Shown: positions 12,670-26,830 of the stretch, piece after piece
Layout of the letters: every line of letters begins with the position of its first letter
How positions within the stretch are numbered: the stretch's first letter is position 1
Origin: Felis catus
Lineage: Eukaryota
NCBI RefSeq assembly: GCF_018350175.1
Contig: NC_058368.1
Location: 217,250,001-217,314,000 of the forward strand
Reading direction: 5' to 3'
DNA: 64,000 nucleotides
Translations under genes and position numbers: made by a program
Notes under the pieces: model-generated
Seen by the model: only the letters and a program-made list of their open reading frames with translations
Told to the model about the DNA's origin: nothing
Databases searched by the model: none

Positions 12670-13224
12670 AATGCATATTTTAAAACTCATTGTGGTAAAG
12701 GTTTGGTTGAAGAAGCTGAGAGTTTTTTGCTGCAATTTTCTACCTGTGTCTTTGTTCTTTAATTTTTAGAATTAATATTTACCCTTAAAAATTGCCCTTC
12801 AGACCCAATGTTTATTCTCATAATTATCTTTCCTAATTCTAATAACAACATCAAATATTTTGGGTAGTTTGATTTTCCTTTTCCCAATTTGAGTGACCCC
12901 CTTCTGACAAGTTTTGTGTATGTTTTTATTATTGTTTTTTAAATCCCTATTGATTTCCATGGGTTTTTTGGAAGATTTTCTTTTATAATCAGAATCTAAC
13001 TCATGGCTTTTCTTTTTGCTTTCTGTTGACTTGGGTTAAAAATACTACCTCCAAAATTTAGACATATACAATCAGGCAAATGTGATGACTATTTATTGTA
13101 TGTTTTTATGAGAATATTGGGGTTTTTTATGGTAGTTTATCTATATATGTGTGTGTATTGGCAATTTTTTGGTAAAATGTGTCTTTATTTGAATGAATAT
13201 ATCCTAGAGAAATATATACTTTAT

Positions 13225-13441
13225 TTTTAAAAATTTTAAAAGCTTATCTACTTTTGAGAGGGGGGGACAGAGAGAGAGTGACTGGGGGAGAAGCAGACAG
13301 AGAGTGAAAGAAGAATCCTAAGCAGGGTCTGCATTGACACAGTGCAGAGCCCGACAGGGGCTCAAATCCACAAACTGGGAGATCATGACCTGAGCCAAGA
13401 TCCAGAGTTGGATACTCAACCAACTGAGCCACCCAGGTGCC
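13225..13441 (-). mobile_element. Can-SINE
   Basis: gagatcatgacctgagccaagatccagagttggatactcaaccaactgagccacccaggtgcc. Confidence 0.93.
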
Positions 13442-13879
13442 ACATAAAATATGTACTTCATAGAAGAAGGTGAATGATAATCTTCATTTTACAAGTGAGA
13501 AATTTTAATTTAAAGATTCAATTTTCTACTGCATTATCTTTAGTTAATTCAGTATACCATGCCCACCGATTTCAGAGGAGACCCTCTGGTACTTTTTACT
13601 TCAGTTTTTAAGTGTATGGCTTCAAAATCAGCAGTGGTTCATCCCTCGGGTGTGGCAGAGACTGCCTATTTGTTCTCCAACCTGCTTTTAAAAAAACCTT
13701 CTGGACAGAGCCAGATTATATCCCCCACTGTCCTGCCAGTTACCTGTGGTCCACGACTGGGTTGCAGCAAATAGAAAGTCATCAGAATCTACACAGGTCA
13801 CCTCTAGGCTTGGGCCCAAATATTTCCAATACATGATTGTCTAACTTTTTTTTTATCCACCGTGCTGGCTGAATTTAGA

Positions 13880-14010
13880 GGATTCAGAGTTCTAAAGCAG
13901 GGTGGACCAAGTGGAGAAGAGATCTGGATCCCTGAATAGCCATTTGCTACTCACATGAGTAAGAAACTCCTCTTGCATTAAATCAATGGATTTGGGGGTT
14001 AACTTATTAA
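13880..14010 (+). mobile_element. Old MLT1-type MaLR LTR 3' fragment
   Basis: gatctggatccctgaat...acatgagtaagaaactcctcttgcattaaatcaatggatttggggg. Confidence 0.4.
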
Positions 14011-14726
14011 AAAAAAGCATTGCCTTTTAAAATTTTTCAACGTCACAGAATTATGTGTCCCTTCAATCGTCCTGTTGTTACTTGGAGCTCATTAAACATA
14101 TGGCATAGAAGTAAGCTGGTCCAGTTTAGACTCATTCAATAGGGACTCTAACAGGAAACTAAAGTAACAACAAACCTAAAATAAGTTTAAAATTGAATAT
14201 TTAAAACTATGTTACTTTATAAAACTTTAAAATATGATATTTATAGTCTAGCCATAGACTCCTCAGCTGGTATAACTTGCCAATCATATGGGTAATTCTA
14301 TGTAACACGGATGGTTAAGTCTATGTAACAATGTCATCCAGTCATGCTCAAATTAAGACAAGTAACACTAATTTTTTGTGGGTTTTTTTTTTTTGGTTTT
14401 GGGTGGGGTTTTTTTGTATAATTTTCAGGCTGGCCAAGAACTTCATTTCTTGCCTTTTCTCTGACCATAAGGACATTACTGATTTCTCTACTGGCTCATG
14501 GTTGAGCTGTATTTCTATTCAGCCACTAACATTCTTTGCTGAATTACTTTCTGACCTTCTTCACGACTGATTTCAGCCATGTCATACTAAATTCTTAAGT
14601 GATCTTGAGAGTCTTCCTTTAGATTTTAAATGTGACCTAAATATTATAATTGAAATAATTACAGCCTTTTTATATTGGGCAGAAATCTTACCTATACTAT
14701 GTAAATATAATAATAAGCACATTGTT

Positions 14727-15323
14727 TGTGCTGGCTAATTTTATGTATCCAACTGAGTGGACCACAGAGTAGCCAGATATTTGGTTAAATATTACTCTAG
14801 GTGTGTCTGTGAAGGTGTTTTGGGCATGATTAACATTAAAATTGGCATATTAAAGCACACTGCTCTCCATAATATGCACGGCCTCATCTAATCAGTTGAA
14901 GGACTGAATAGGAGGAAAAAAACAAAAAAGCTGACTTTTCCCTAAGTAAGGGATCATTTTTCCTGCCAAATAACCTTCAAACTAGAACAGCAGCTTTTTT
15001 TTTTATTGACTTCAAATCTGAACTGAAATATTGACTTTCCTGCATCTCAGGTCTGCTGGACTTTGGACTTAAAATACATTATTGGTTTTCCTGGTTCTCA
15101 GGCTTCAGACTTGGCCAGGGATTATACCACCAGCTTTCCTGGATCTTCAGCTTGCTAACTCACCCCGCAGATCTCAGGACTTGCTGGCTTCCATACACAT
15201 ATGAGCCAATTCCTTATAATATATCTCTCCCTCTTTCTTCATACATGCACATGCACACACACACACACACACACATGCATGCACACATTCTATTCTGTTT
15301 CTCTGGAGAATCCTGCCTAATAC
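14727..15323 (+). mobile_element. MLT2 (B/D-like) ERVL solo LTR
   Basis: tgtgctggctaattttatgtatccaactgagtggaccacag...tctgtttctctggagaatcctgcctaataca. Confidence 0.88.
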
Positions 15324-15739
15324 ACTGTTATAGCATAATAATACTTAGAAGAACAACTAGAAAACACAAAATGCAAAGAGCAAATAATTTTTTGTAAAGG
15401 CAGCAATTTCTAGAGTGAGAGTAATTGAATTCTATCAACAGAATAATGAGGAAGATAATAAAGTTCTCTTACTCTTGAAATATTAAAGTTGTTTTGAAGA
15501 TCTAAGAGATACTTGACTAGTGGAGAATATCAGGCACTTCACTAATGAGCTTTCATAAACAAAGAAAACTATCAGCAGAAAAGAAAAAATCCAAAGGAAG
15601 TAAAATGCTTTTTTAAAAATATATTTGATTGCCATATGCTGCTTAAGTTTTTATTTCAAACTGTCACAAGTTAAATCTGAAACTCACCTGAACATCCATC
15701 ATTGCAAAAAAGTTAATAAATAAATCTGTCTGGTTTATT

Positions 15740-16460
15740 TTTATTCAACCATTTCACAAGTATTAATTTAGTGTCTACTGAATGCTGGGTACAGAAGTTA
15801 TAACAATGTATGAAACACAGGACCTGACTTCAAGGGCACTTTAAAATTTGGTGAAGCAAAGTTACACAGGTTTGCCCCCACTGTCCAAAAGTGGAATGTT
15901 CTATGAAAATTTGCCTAAACAGAAGTGGAGTAAAGTGAAGAGTATCCCCCACGTTCAGAAGTTCATTGCTACACTACATCACTTTTGTTGAAGACCTACA
16001 GTAGTTTTTTTTCACAAAAGCAAAAACCTTCTTTGGATTTCTTTCAGTGTCAAACACAAGTACCAAGATGGGTCTTTTGTAAAAGTGAAAATGGTGTAAT
16101 GGGAACTTTATGGAAAGCAGGGGGTACTTGCATTTAAAACATTTACCAGAAAAGTGCAGATAAAGTGTTATAGATGGTGCCATTCCCAGACATCATCGTG
16201 AAGTAAAAATAAAGAGGTGAACTCTACTAGTCTTGGAAAAGAGATTGAGAGGTTGAGGAAGACTCCCTGAGAGGCAAACGTATGTGTGTGGAGTTGATGA
16301 GAATAAACTCTCACTGGTCTGGTAGACCAAGCGTCTGAGTATAGGCGTTCAGAAAAACATCAATATAAGAAAATACAGAGCCTTTAAAAAACACATTATG
16401 TTTGAGAGTCCTAAGTTGTGCAAAAGAGTGTAGGTTTGAGAGGGTTGTTAATTGTGGGAG
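15740..16460 (-). mobile_element. L2 3' fragment interrupted by a Tigger-like element
   Basis: ttattcaaccatttcacaagtattaatttagtgtctactgaatgctggg L2 tail; degenerate continuation after 16135. Confidence 0.5.
15867..16130. mobile_element. TcMar-Tigger-like non-autonomous element
   Basis: Imperfect terminal inverted repeats caggtttgcccccactgtccaaaagt / actttatggaaagcagggggtacttg, plus an internal copy at ~15943. Confidence 0.7.
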
Positions 16461-17124
16461 ACAAAGTGAAAATGTAGGCATCATTAAGTTTTTTTGTATG
16501 CTATATATAGGAAACTCTTTTTTTTCCTACCTATCTATCCACTCTGACCTTTTGTTCTCCCTGAATTCAATTTTGTTCCAGTCAACAGACTGTGAAATCG
16601 TGGACTGCAGAATGGCTGACTTCTTCCTTATGTATAAGAATGTCTTCCATTTCTTGGGTTTAGGCATTAGTGTGGATGACAATATTGGCCAATCATATTT
16701 GAAGGTAAGTAAACCAAGGAAGTCATAGCATCCGTTTTCTTGCTCTTAACAAAACAAATCTAAAACAATTGCCTTATGCAACATTACCTGAATTTCTGAA
16801 GCTTTTTTTATTCCCTTTCATTTTTCTGGAAATGGACCAGTAATTTTTCTGTGCTCTCTTTTTTGTATCATCTTAATAAAAGTTTACAATGATTGTGAAT
16901 ACTATGTTTGGTTTTCCAACCCATTCACTGAAACTCACTTTCTAAACTGTTGCTACATATTTAGATGATTTGTAATAATAACATAGGACCTGTTCCTGAA
17001 ACCAATATTCTGACTTAGCAAGCATGGGCTAAATTATGCTGCAGAAATACCAACAATGACAACAAAGTTCTCAATGGATTTAAGTAACAGAATTTTTGTT
17101 TGTTTGTTTGTTTGTTATTCACAA

Positions 17125-17310
17125 ACAATGTGGGTTGGCAGATAATCCTTGTGTGGGCCTGTCCTGTGCATTGTAGAATTCCTGGCTTTTCCTCATTACA
17201 TGCTAGTAGCAGCTACCCCTCCCACTCATTTGTGACAACTAAAAGTGTCTGTAAATATTGTCAAAAGTCCCGCAGGGGAGGAAAGATTTGCCCCGTTTTG
17301 AGAACTATCC
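17125..17310 (+). mobile_element. MER20 (hAT-Charlie)
   Basis: gataatccttgtgtgggcctgtcctgtgcattgtag...tgtgacaactaaaagtgtctgtaaatattgtcaaa...ttgagaac. Confidence 0.85.
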
Positions 17311-18139
17311 ATCTAATCTCCCTAACTTCACGTCTTATGCTATTAACCAGCATTGTATATTGCCTCTTGGAGCTCAGTATGTGTCTTTGATTTTTATATT
17401 AATAAATTATGAATATTATAATGACACTAACTCTAAATGAAGGCAATAGTGCAAAATAGCTTAGAATTATTATCAGAATTTGCGGAAAATATGTGAAATT
17501 TTCTTGGTCTGATGGTAATCTTATTATCTCTAGCATATGCCTAATTAGTGATGGTAAAGAATTTCACCTAGCCCATTTTGTTTCATATTAGATTTTATTG
17601 GCACAATTAAACTGCTCTTTTCAATCCATAAAAGTCCATCTGTTTGTAGTCTAGAGGCAGGCACATCTTTCTCAAGGTCATTTTATGAATTGATAATTAA
17701 CCTTCTAAATATACTTCATTCTGAAGGTCTTTTGCCACATCTAATTAAATGAAAACAGCTACGTTTATATCTCCCACAAGAAACGTGGCTTACGTTTATG
17801 TTAACATTATGATTAAAATGATGTTTCCTTTGTTTTCCTCAAAATAAAATGGCGGATGGAAACAACATTTATTACGATGCCAACAAGAGTATTGTACCTG
17901 TATTTTTAATAAGGCTTTATTAACCACAAAATTGGTCCGAATCAGAGATCTATATCTGTATGTTCCAAAACAGATCACATAGAAAGTATTGAGTTGGAAA
18001 GACAAATGCTAAAAATGCAAACATGAAAGAAAGTCATTGGCTTATTGATATGTGGAATCTTAACTTGGCTTAACATTGAGAAGTTAGGACATTAATATTA
18101 TATGCAATTGAGAAAAAAGTCAAATAGCACACATTTTGC

Positions 18140-18337
18140 TTAATTTTTAATTTTTTAAATTTTATTTAAATACAAATTAGTTAACATATAGTGTAATAAT
18201 GATTTCAAGAATAGAATTTAGGGATTCATTGCTTACATATAACACCCAGTGCTCATTCCAACAAGTGTCCTCCTTAATGGCCATCCCCCATTTGGCCCAT
18301 TCCCCCACCCAATACATGGTCAGCACCCCTCAGTTTG
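18140..18337 (-). mobile_element. 5'-truncated carnivore L1 3' end
   Basis: ttagttaacatatagtgtaata...ataacacccagtgctcat...ccctcagtttgt; TSD gcacacatt. Confidence 0.88.
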
Positions 18338-19254
18338 TAGGCACACATTAAAAAACGATTAACTGGGAGATGTGGAAGTCTGATTAATTGAACAACACAG
18401 TGAAATGGATCACATGCAGGAATTAAAATGAAGATATTAAGTAATAAATGCATTACTGTTTGACTATTAAGTAATAAAGCAAGGGTCTAGTTACTAGAGA
18501 ATTGAAAAAATACAGTAAAAATATGATGGGCCACAAAGAATACACTATTCTTTTGAAGTTTTGAATATTAAATGTCTTTATATACAGGTAGCCCTATATA
18601 CTCTAATGTAATGTCCCCCCAAATTGATAAATGTAGGAACTTGCAGGGCTTTATACCACAGTTTCTTCATTGATAAATTATCATGTCCATATATATCTTG
18701 CCAGATTTCTACAGATTTTCAAACTTACTTAAAGACAGTTTGGGCCTTAGGTTTGGTGGGGGTAAAGGTAGAGGAAAATAATAAGTGTAGTTGCAATGAT
18801 TATAAATGTTCAAGACAAAGGATGTAAGTAATGCATTATATTTTCTTAGCTACTTGTTGGGTATAAAATGGGTAAATGTAAATTATTAAGTGTATGTTGA
18901 CAGTATGATTTATATGTCAAACTTTTTAAATTTTTTTAGTTCTTTTGAGAACAATAATTAAACAAATAAAATGTAGAAAGAGTATTATAATTCACCAACA
19001 ATTACTAATGCATGTCCGTTTTGCTTCATCTACATTCCTACCCAACTCTCCTTCCCCACCCCCAAATTAATGTAAAACATTTTCAAGTTAGAGAACTATT
19101 TTATTTTATTCATATATATCTAAAAACAAAATGTAGCCTCAATAAAATTATTGCATCAAAAAAATAAACACTTCAGTATACAGCCATTGTTCAAATGACA
19201 GATTGTATTATAAATCCATTTTTAGTTGCTTTTTTTAAAAACAATTTGAAGACT

Positions 19255-19469
19255 GGAGCGCCTGGGTGTCTCAGTCACTTAAGTGTCTGACATCCGCCCA
19301 GCTCATGATCTCACAGTTGGTGGGTTGGAGCCCCGCGTGGGGCTCTGTGCTGACAGCTCGGAGCCTGGAGCCTGCTTCGGATTCTGTGTCTCCCTCTCTC
19401 TCTCTGCCCCTCCCCAGCTCATGCTCGCACTCTGTCTCTGCCAAAAATAAATAAACTTAAAAAAAAATT
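19255..19469 (+). mobile_element. Can-SINE
   Basis: SINE body; TSD aaacaatt(t/c)gaagac. Confidence 0.95.
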
Positions 19470-19692
19470 AAACAATTCGAAGACAAATCTAAGTGAGATC
19501 TGTGCATATATTTAGATCATATTACTCTCATGTGTCTCATTTTTGGACATTTCATTTTTTTCTCTTTCATTCTTACCCCTAACCAATTCCTATTGTGATT
19601 ATTACTATCCAAATGCAGTATTTTTCTTATTTTTTTCAAGTTAACTTTTGTGTGATTCTGAAGAATTTTATAGATGTTAACATTTACTTTAA

Positions 19693-19897
19693 TTTTTTTT
19701 TTTAACCTTTATTTTTGAGACAGAGACAGAGAATGAAAGGGGGAGGGTCAGAGAGAGGGAGACACAGAATCTGAAGCAGGCTCCAGGCTCTGAGCTGTCA
19801 GCACAGAGCCTGACGCGGGGCTCGAACTCATTGACGGTGAGATCATGACCGGAGCCTAAGTGGGCCGCTTAACCGACTGAGCTACCCAGGCGCCCCC
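19693..19897 (-). mobile_element. Can-SINE
   Basis: SINE body; TSD catttactttaa. Confidence 0.95.
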
Positions 19898-19949
19898 AGC
19901 ATTTACTTTAAATTGATTTTTTTCTAGGTTTACTTACAGTTCTTTCTAA

Positions 19950-20730
19950 TCATATTTTTAAATTGTTTTTTATTGTACATGGGGGTTTTCTCTGTAATTC
20001 TATATTTTAGTAAGATTTTGTTTGCATATATGTAAACTATTGGTTTTATGATGTATATTTCATTACTATTACTTTAGGAAGTTTTCCTATTATTCATGGT
20101 AGTTTTTTCTTGATTTGTTCAGCCTATCACATCATCTATTATTTTTATTCTTTTCTCTCAAATTCTATAGTTTATTTTTTTTCTCTTGTCTAATTGCATT
20201 GACACCTTTGCCATATTGTTTTAAAGAGCAGTAAAACAGAGGGCATTATATCTTTGACTTCAGTAGAAAAGGTTTTTATGTTTCCCCATTAAATAGAGAT
20301 CTTTAGCTGAAAGCATATCATTCTATCAATTGTTATTTCATTTAGTACTTTTGCCATAAAGGGGCATTTTTTTTTATTTTTGTAATTTATGAAGATTATC
20401 ATATGATTCTTCTTACATTATTATATCGATTATATTATAACAGTTAATGCTTTTGAAACCCTTGGGTCTGTTAGGTGGTGGATGCTCCATTTAGTCATGA
20501 TGTTTAATGTTCTTACTCTTTCAATATGCTATAAAATTCTGTGTTTTTATTTAATTTTCCTGAATTTATATTCGTAAATCATCATGGGTATATGGATCTT
20601 TTTGGAGTTTTTGACAACCTGGGGAACATTTTTATCATTTCATAAAACTAATTTGGAAGTTTTCTTTCTTTGTCTCTAGAAATAGATAAAGTAATATTGG
20701 ATTAATAGCTTTTTAAAGGTGTTTGTAATA
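19950..20730 (-). mobile_element. Ancient L1M(E) fragments
   Basis: ttctcttgtctaattgcattg...tgtttccccattaaat...ttcataaaactaatttggaagttt typical of old antisense L1 ORF2. Confidence 0.5.
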
Positions 20731-22859
20731 GAGAGTTAATTTGGACACAACTAATATTTATGTGAGTTCTGGAACACAGTAACTAAAACATATGATGAAA
20801 TTAATAATACGAGAATGTAAAATCCTATGATTCAGTGTGTAATGAACTGATCATATTTGTATGCCTTTTTAAGTATAATTTTCTTCAAAATGGCCACTTT
20901 GGAAATATTAAGTACTTTTGCATGATTTCTTGTTAAGTGTTATTTAAGTAATTTTGAAATTGCATGCAAAGTACATTTGACGTTATTTTAAAAATATGCC
21001 TATCTATTTACATACATAATATATTTAAATTAATGTCTTTTTCCCTAAGTTATTTATAATTAAGTCCTTCATTTCATTCATTTACTCAGGTATGCTTACC
21101 TTAATTCTATACACTCTTCACTAGTGTTATGTTGTGGTCATGTGATAAGCACAATTAGGATATTAAATGAAACTTGTATTTTGTGTTTCCTGCTTTGGAG
21201 AAACTAAATGTAGTATGAAACAAATTTACAGGCAACTCTATAGCTCCTAGCAGTAGGTGAAAAAACATAATGATACTATATTTCAAGTATCATATATTAA
21301 TGAAATGATTCTCAAAATGTTAATAATTTAAGCAACTTGGTCTTAGGGGATATTCTGTTGGTACCAAGTTTGATACTTTGGGAAAGTCTAATACTATATC
21401 TTTTAGATTTTTAGCACAAAATGGAATATGTATAAAACCTTATTATTTTCCATAATGTGTTAGAAGAATTCTCTCAAGGTATTTAAATGTGATTGAAAAC
21501 TCAGGAGTGATGAAATCATGATTTGTAAATTTAGTTGGTTTGTGTTAAAATAAAAGCTCCATCAATCTTAATTACTCTAAAGACTTTAGCCAAGGTATTT
21601 AACCTTTTCAAACTTTTGATTTTCAATCATGAAAAAGGTGACCCTAGTGAAAACTAGCTTATAGAGCTGGTGTAAGAAATAAATATTCCTGTCCCTTATA
21701 AGCAGTCTGCTGTTTGCAATATTTTTTCTTAAATTAAAAAGGCAAATGACTGATGAAATTTAAGCCCCTTATTCTAAGACCTCTCAAAACACAAGGATTT
21801 TTTTTTCTTCGAGTGAATTCTGCTAATTCAATTGATACCAGATTTCCCACAACAGATTTTTACCTTGGCCACATTTCCCAGCTCAGGACCCTCCAAGGAC
21901 CCATTTGAAATAATTCTGTGAAGCAGATATTTGAGGAGAAGATCTAATAAAATAACACTTTGAAAATGTACAGCCCTAGTTATATCTGGGTTTGTTGTGA
22001 ATATCTGGGGTAGATACAAACCATGCTTTTCCCCCTCTCCTTTCCTGATATTTAGATACCTGAGACAGGAATTCTCCAGTGCCTCCCTTCTCACTTCGGC
22101 CATGAACACCTTCATGTACCCACCCGATGCGGGGACTTACTCTCCAGCTCTCCTTACGTGTAACAGAATAGACAATAAGGACTATTTTAATTCATTACAG
22201 AGATTTCTTTTTTTAATACAATTTTCTTCCATACATAGGAAACAAGGTTTTCCTGTCCAGCTATGGAAGGAATATGATGGTATTTTTATACTCACTTGAA
22301 GAATATATTGATTAAATGAACTTCTAATTAATTAGAATTCATTAGGGAGGAGTAATAATTAATTAGGCTCCCCTGGACCTCCTACGGTATAGAAATTAAT
22401 TAAATAACAAATTAAAAGCTGCTTTTTTGTGTTTTCAAAATGGTATTACCACTTTGTAATTTTTCAGTAAATTACTTTCTTCTGCAGTAAATTGCTTTTG
22501 CTTCTTTAACATTGTACCTGGTGTAGAACTGAACACCTCCACCTGATTTCTAAATACCTCGTAATTTAATCTCCACTACAGAGATTCATACTTATTTTCC
22601 CACAGGGTATGTATAGATTTTCCTCTCAAACTTATATATTGCACATTTTTGATAATTGCTCTAAAATTATTAAATCTGCATTTGTATGTTTTTCTCATTT
22701 TAGAAAGTAATATTGAAAAATTGTGTCTGCTAACTATTTTGCATAGTAGCAAAATTTGTACTATAGTACTTATATGCACTACATATAGATTTCACATACA
22801 GATTTCAATTGATGATGTTATACAATTATCACAGGAGATTCATCATGTGGGTTTTTTCC

Positions 22860-23068
22860 TTAATTTTTAAAATATTTATTTATTTTTGAGAGAAAGAGAG
22901 CGAGCCTGCAGGGAGGGGCAGAGAGAGAGAGGGAGACACAGAATCGAAAGCAGTCTCCAGGCTCTGAGTTGTCAGCACAGAGCCTGACACAGGGCTCAAA
23001 CTCGCGAACACGAGATCATGACCTGAGCGGAAGGCAGACACTGAACCACTGAGCCACTCAGGCACCCC
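22860..23068 (-). mobile_element. Can-SINE
   Basis: SINE body; TSD tcatgtg. Confidence 0.94.
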
Positions 23069-23599
23069 CGTCATGTGTTGAAAAGAGAATATGCGTTATG
23101 GAATCATAACAATATGCATTTCAGCTCTGCTCTGTAAACATCTGAGTATAAAGATGCATGAAGACCAATCACCATATAATTACTTATACGTAGGTTACGT
23201 AGGGCTAATAATCATTACTTAATGGCCTGGGGGCACCATGTGTATCTGTCTTGAAATAACACTGTACACGGTCACAGAAATCCAATATTTAAATTGTCAA
23301 ATGTGAATATTTGCTTCTTTTTTTAGATAACGAAAATGAAAATCTATCATGGGCACACTTTCTAGTGGTGTAATCTAAGACCATTTTATTCAAACGTGTA
23401 GCATTTTGTCTGTGTGAAAATTGGTTTGTGATTGGATTTAAGAGAACCATTTTTTTTCCTCTACATAAATTACCTAAAGATACAGAATACATAAATTATA
23501 AGAGAATAAAAAGTTCAGGATAATATCTTCTCATAAGCTATAACTTACCATATAGGAGTGAGATTATAAATTGAATTACTAAACAAAATTTCTTGATTT

Positions 23600-23830
23600 A
23601 ACATTAGATAAGCTTCTTTCACACTGTAGACCCCTGACCTAGTTTTTCTTAGAGCGTTTACTTTTAAAAACAAGTTGAAAATTCATTCTTTGCCCCTTTT
23701 AGATGTAAATCTTTTTGAAAGCTTCTTGCCAGTTTTGTAATCCAGAACTGCCTTTTTTAAGGACTTGGGGGAGGATCTCCCTTCAAAATATAATCATCAA
23801 GGAAGATAGTGCTCCCCCCACCCTCAGGCT
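23600..23830 (+). mobile_element. MER34/MER39-like LTR fragment
   Basis: agatgtaaatc...ttcttgccagttttgtaatccagaactgccttttttaaggacttgggg...aatcatcaaggaagatagtgctccc. Confidence 0.55.
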
Positions 23831-23854
23831 TTTCCTTTTCGTTCTTTCTCTTTT

Positions 23855-24780
23855 TAGATTTACTCTCAGCAATTTCCAAAAATGTGATAGAGTATTATTA
23901 ACTACAGTTACCACACTGTACATTATATCCCCATGACTGATTTATTTTATAAACGAGAAGTTCATACTTTTTGACCCCTTTCACCCATTTTACTATCCTC
24001 CAACTACTACCAATCTGTTCTCTACATCTATGAGCTTGCTTTTTTGTTTGTTTGCTTTGTTTTGTTTTAGATTTCATATAGAAGGGAGATCATACAGTAT
24101 TTGTCTTTCAGGTCTGACTTACTTTACTTAGTGTCATGCCTCAAGGTCCATCCACATTGTCTTAAATGGCAAAATTTTGTTCTTTTTATGGTTGAATAGC
24201 ATTCCATTGTGTGTGTGTGTGTGTGTAATATATACATTAGTAAACATATATATCTATACATATCTATATTAATTCATCCATTGATGGGAACTTAACTTGT
24301 TTGCATATCTTGCTTATTATAAATAATGCTGCAAGGAATGTGAAGGTATATATATATCGTTTTGAATTAGTGTTTTCATTTTCTTGGGCTAAATACCCAC
24401 AAGTAGAATTTCTAGGTCATATGGTAGTTCTATCTTTATTTTTTTGTTTTGCTATTCCGTTTTGTGTTTTTAAATATAGTTTGTGTATTAACTACTTATC
24501 AGATAAATGATTTGCAAATATTTTCTCCCATTCAGTAGGTTGCCTTTCATTTTGTTGATGATTTCCTTTGCTGTACTGAAAATTTTTATTTTGATGTGGT
24601 CTCACTTATTTATTTTATTTTTGTTGCCTTTTCATTTGGTGTCAACTCCAAGAAATTATCACCAAGACCGACGTCAAGGAGGTTGTATATTCCTGCCTTC
24701 TTTACCATTAATTACTTGACTCTAGAGGCATGGGTTTATTTCTGGGCTCTCTATTCCATTCCATTGATCTATGTGGGTTT
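23855..24780 (-). mobile_element. L1 3' part (L1MA9/L1_Carn-like) with internal deletions
   Basis: tactctcagcaatttcc...cattatatccccatgactg...atttgcaaatattttctcccattcagtaggttgccttttcattttgttgatg. Confidence 0.88.
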
Positions 24781-26655
24781 TTTTTTTTACAATAAAATGT
24801 TGTTTTACAATAAAACAAAAAAGTAAAATAAATTTTGTTAAATGATATAATTTTGGATAACTGAATTACAAGAAAAAATGTATTGCTCAACAAGATATAG
24901 TTGGGTGCATGTTGATTATCATAATAACAATATTTTCTTCTTAATGAAGATAATAACCTTGAGGATATAATTATTAGATACGTAATATTCTCTAAAAAAT
25001 CACCAAATGAAATAAGTTGAAGGAAAACAAGTCTTATTCCTGATCAGTTGACTTTGAGAAAGAAGAAAAAATAGGAAGAATGTACTGTTTTTAAGGGAGT
25101 AAGGAGACAGCGGGAATAAGGAAAGTCATTTAAGAAGATGGAAGACCGTTATTGTGAGGCAGGAAAGAGACCTTGTTTAAGTCCATTATAAGAGCACATG
25201 TGGGTGTGTTTGAAAGGCTGCTATGTTACATTCGAGTGGGAAGTACATCTTTGGCTGAAGTTATGCCATAGGTTACACTATAATTATTAACTTAATATTT
25301 GGTTAATAAATATTGAGCCTCTCAGGTGTGTATGTGTGTATTAATTGCTGCACACTTTGAGTAGTAGTATGTAGGAGTATGTTAAGATTCAGAATTTTAA
25401 TTAGATATTGCCATGAGTCTGTTCATCTATGATACCCAGAAAGGAAGGAAAAAATGCTTACCAGCCAGAAGCTAGATGACTCTCACATTTCATGTCCTAA
25501 CTAGAAAAATTCAAAATGGCAGTTTTTTATATGTTGGTAAAAGCTAAAATGTATTTTTTAAACTGTCTTATGGTCAAGCAAGAAATTAGAGCCTAGTGAC
25601 AGTCTACAAGAGAGAAAACCTTAAACTCTCCAGGAAAGGGGGAGGTGGATCCTCAACTCTATTTATCTAATTATAAAAAGCCATTTAAAAGTCTTGCTAA
25701 AAACCTGTTATTCAAAAGTGTGAATTTGTCTAGTAAAATATTAAGTATACGTTATGTTTATATTTTCCCCTAAATAGAAATATTCAGTATTGGGCTGAAT
25801 TCTTGACTAAGAAACATTTTCCATCTCTCTAGAGCAAGAACATAACTCCAGATAAGCAAAGTAAACCATTATTTTTATTAATTAGTACAACATGGATATA
25901 GTAGGCAGTAAAACTTAAAACGTGTTTGAATTTCTAAAACAAATCAAACAACTTTAAAGAATCGTTGAGTTTATAGAGCATGTATTTATGCTTTTTGGGA
26001 GTACAATTTCACCTTCCCCTTCCATTAGCTGTAATCAATACATTAGTTGATTCAATAAATACATACTGAGTACATATAATTTGACACAATGAACATGGTC
26101 TTGACTATCCAATGGTAAACAAAATGCATACTTTTGATGCTAATGGTCCTTGTAATTTAGGGGAGACCAAGAATAATTTATTTATTATACACATAAATAT
26201 TTTAAAATTGTAAGCTTTAAGAAAAAAAAATGGATGCGGGAACTGTGATAGAAAGTAAGGAGGGGAGTGTAGTTCTCCATGTAGGTAAAATGAGTGGGTA
26301 AACTTTATAGGGTTTCCTATCACACTCTATGGTGTTGACTTCCTGTTCTTTTATAACTTCTCTTCTACATTGTTTTAGTTCCTTTTTATATTCTACACTC
26401 CTTGCCTAGAAAATCACTTTAATTATTTTTTATTCCAGGAATGTATAGAGCTCCTAATGATATCTTAACACTTTCATATGCAAGAATGTCTTTCTATCTT
26501 CATTGCAAGAACAGCAACAAAAACAACTACAGCAAACATAAGTTTTACTCATTTGCTCGAAATAAAATTATTGGGAAATAACATTTTACAATAAAGTAGA
26601 ATGGGAACTCTTCGCATTATTGTGGTATTTATTATTGTTTAAGAGTCTGAGGCCA

Positions 26656-26830
26656 GGGGCGTCTGGGTGGCTCAGTCTATTGAGCAACGACTCTTGATTT
26701 CCACTCAGATCATGATTCCATGGTCATCAGATTGAGCTCTGGATCAGGCTCTGTGTTGGGCATGGAGCTCTATATAAGGCTCTGTAGATAGATAGATAGA
26801 TGATAGATAGATAGATAGATAGATGATATA
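26656..26830 (+). mobile_element. Can-SINE with (GATA)n tail
   Basis: ggggcgtctgggtggctcagtc...; TSD agtctgaggcca; tail converted to (GATA)n at ~26786-26825. Confidence 0.92.

Noticed and set aside
17845..17856. YY1-like motif aaaatggcgg and a short ATG frame
   Set aside because: Isolated motif with no CpG island; the frame closes after about 24 codons.
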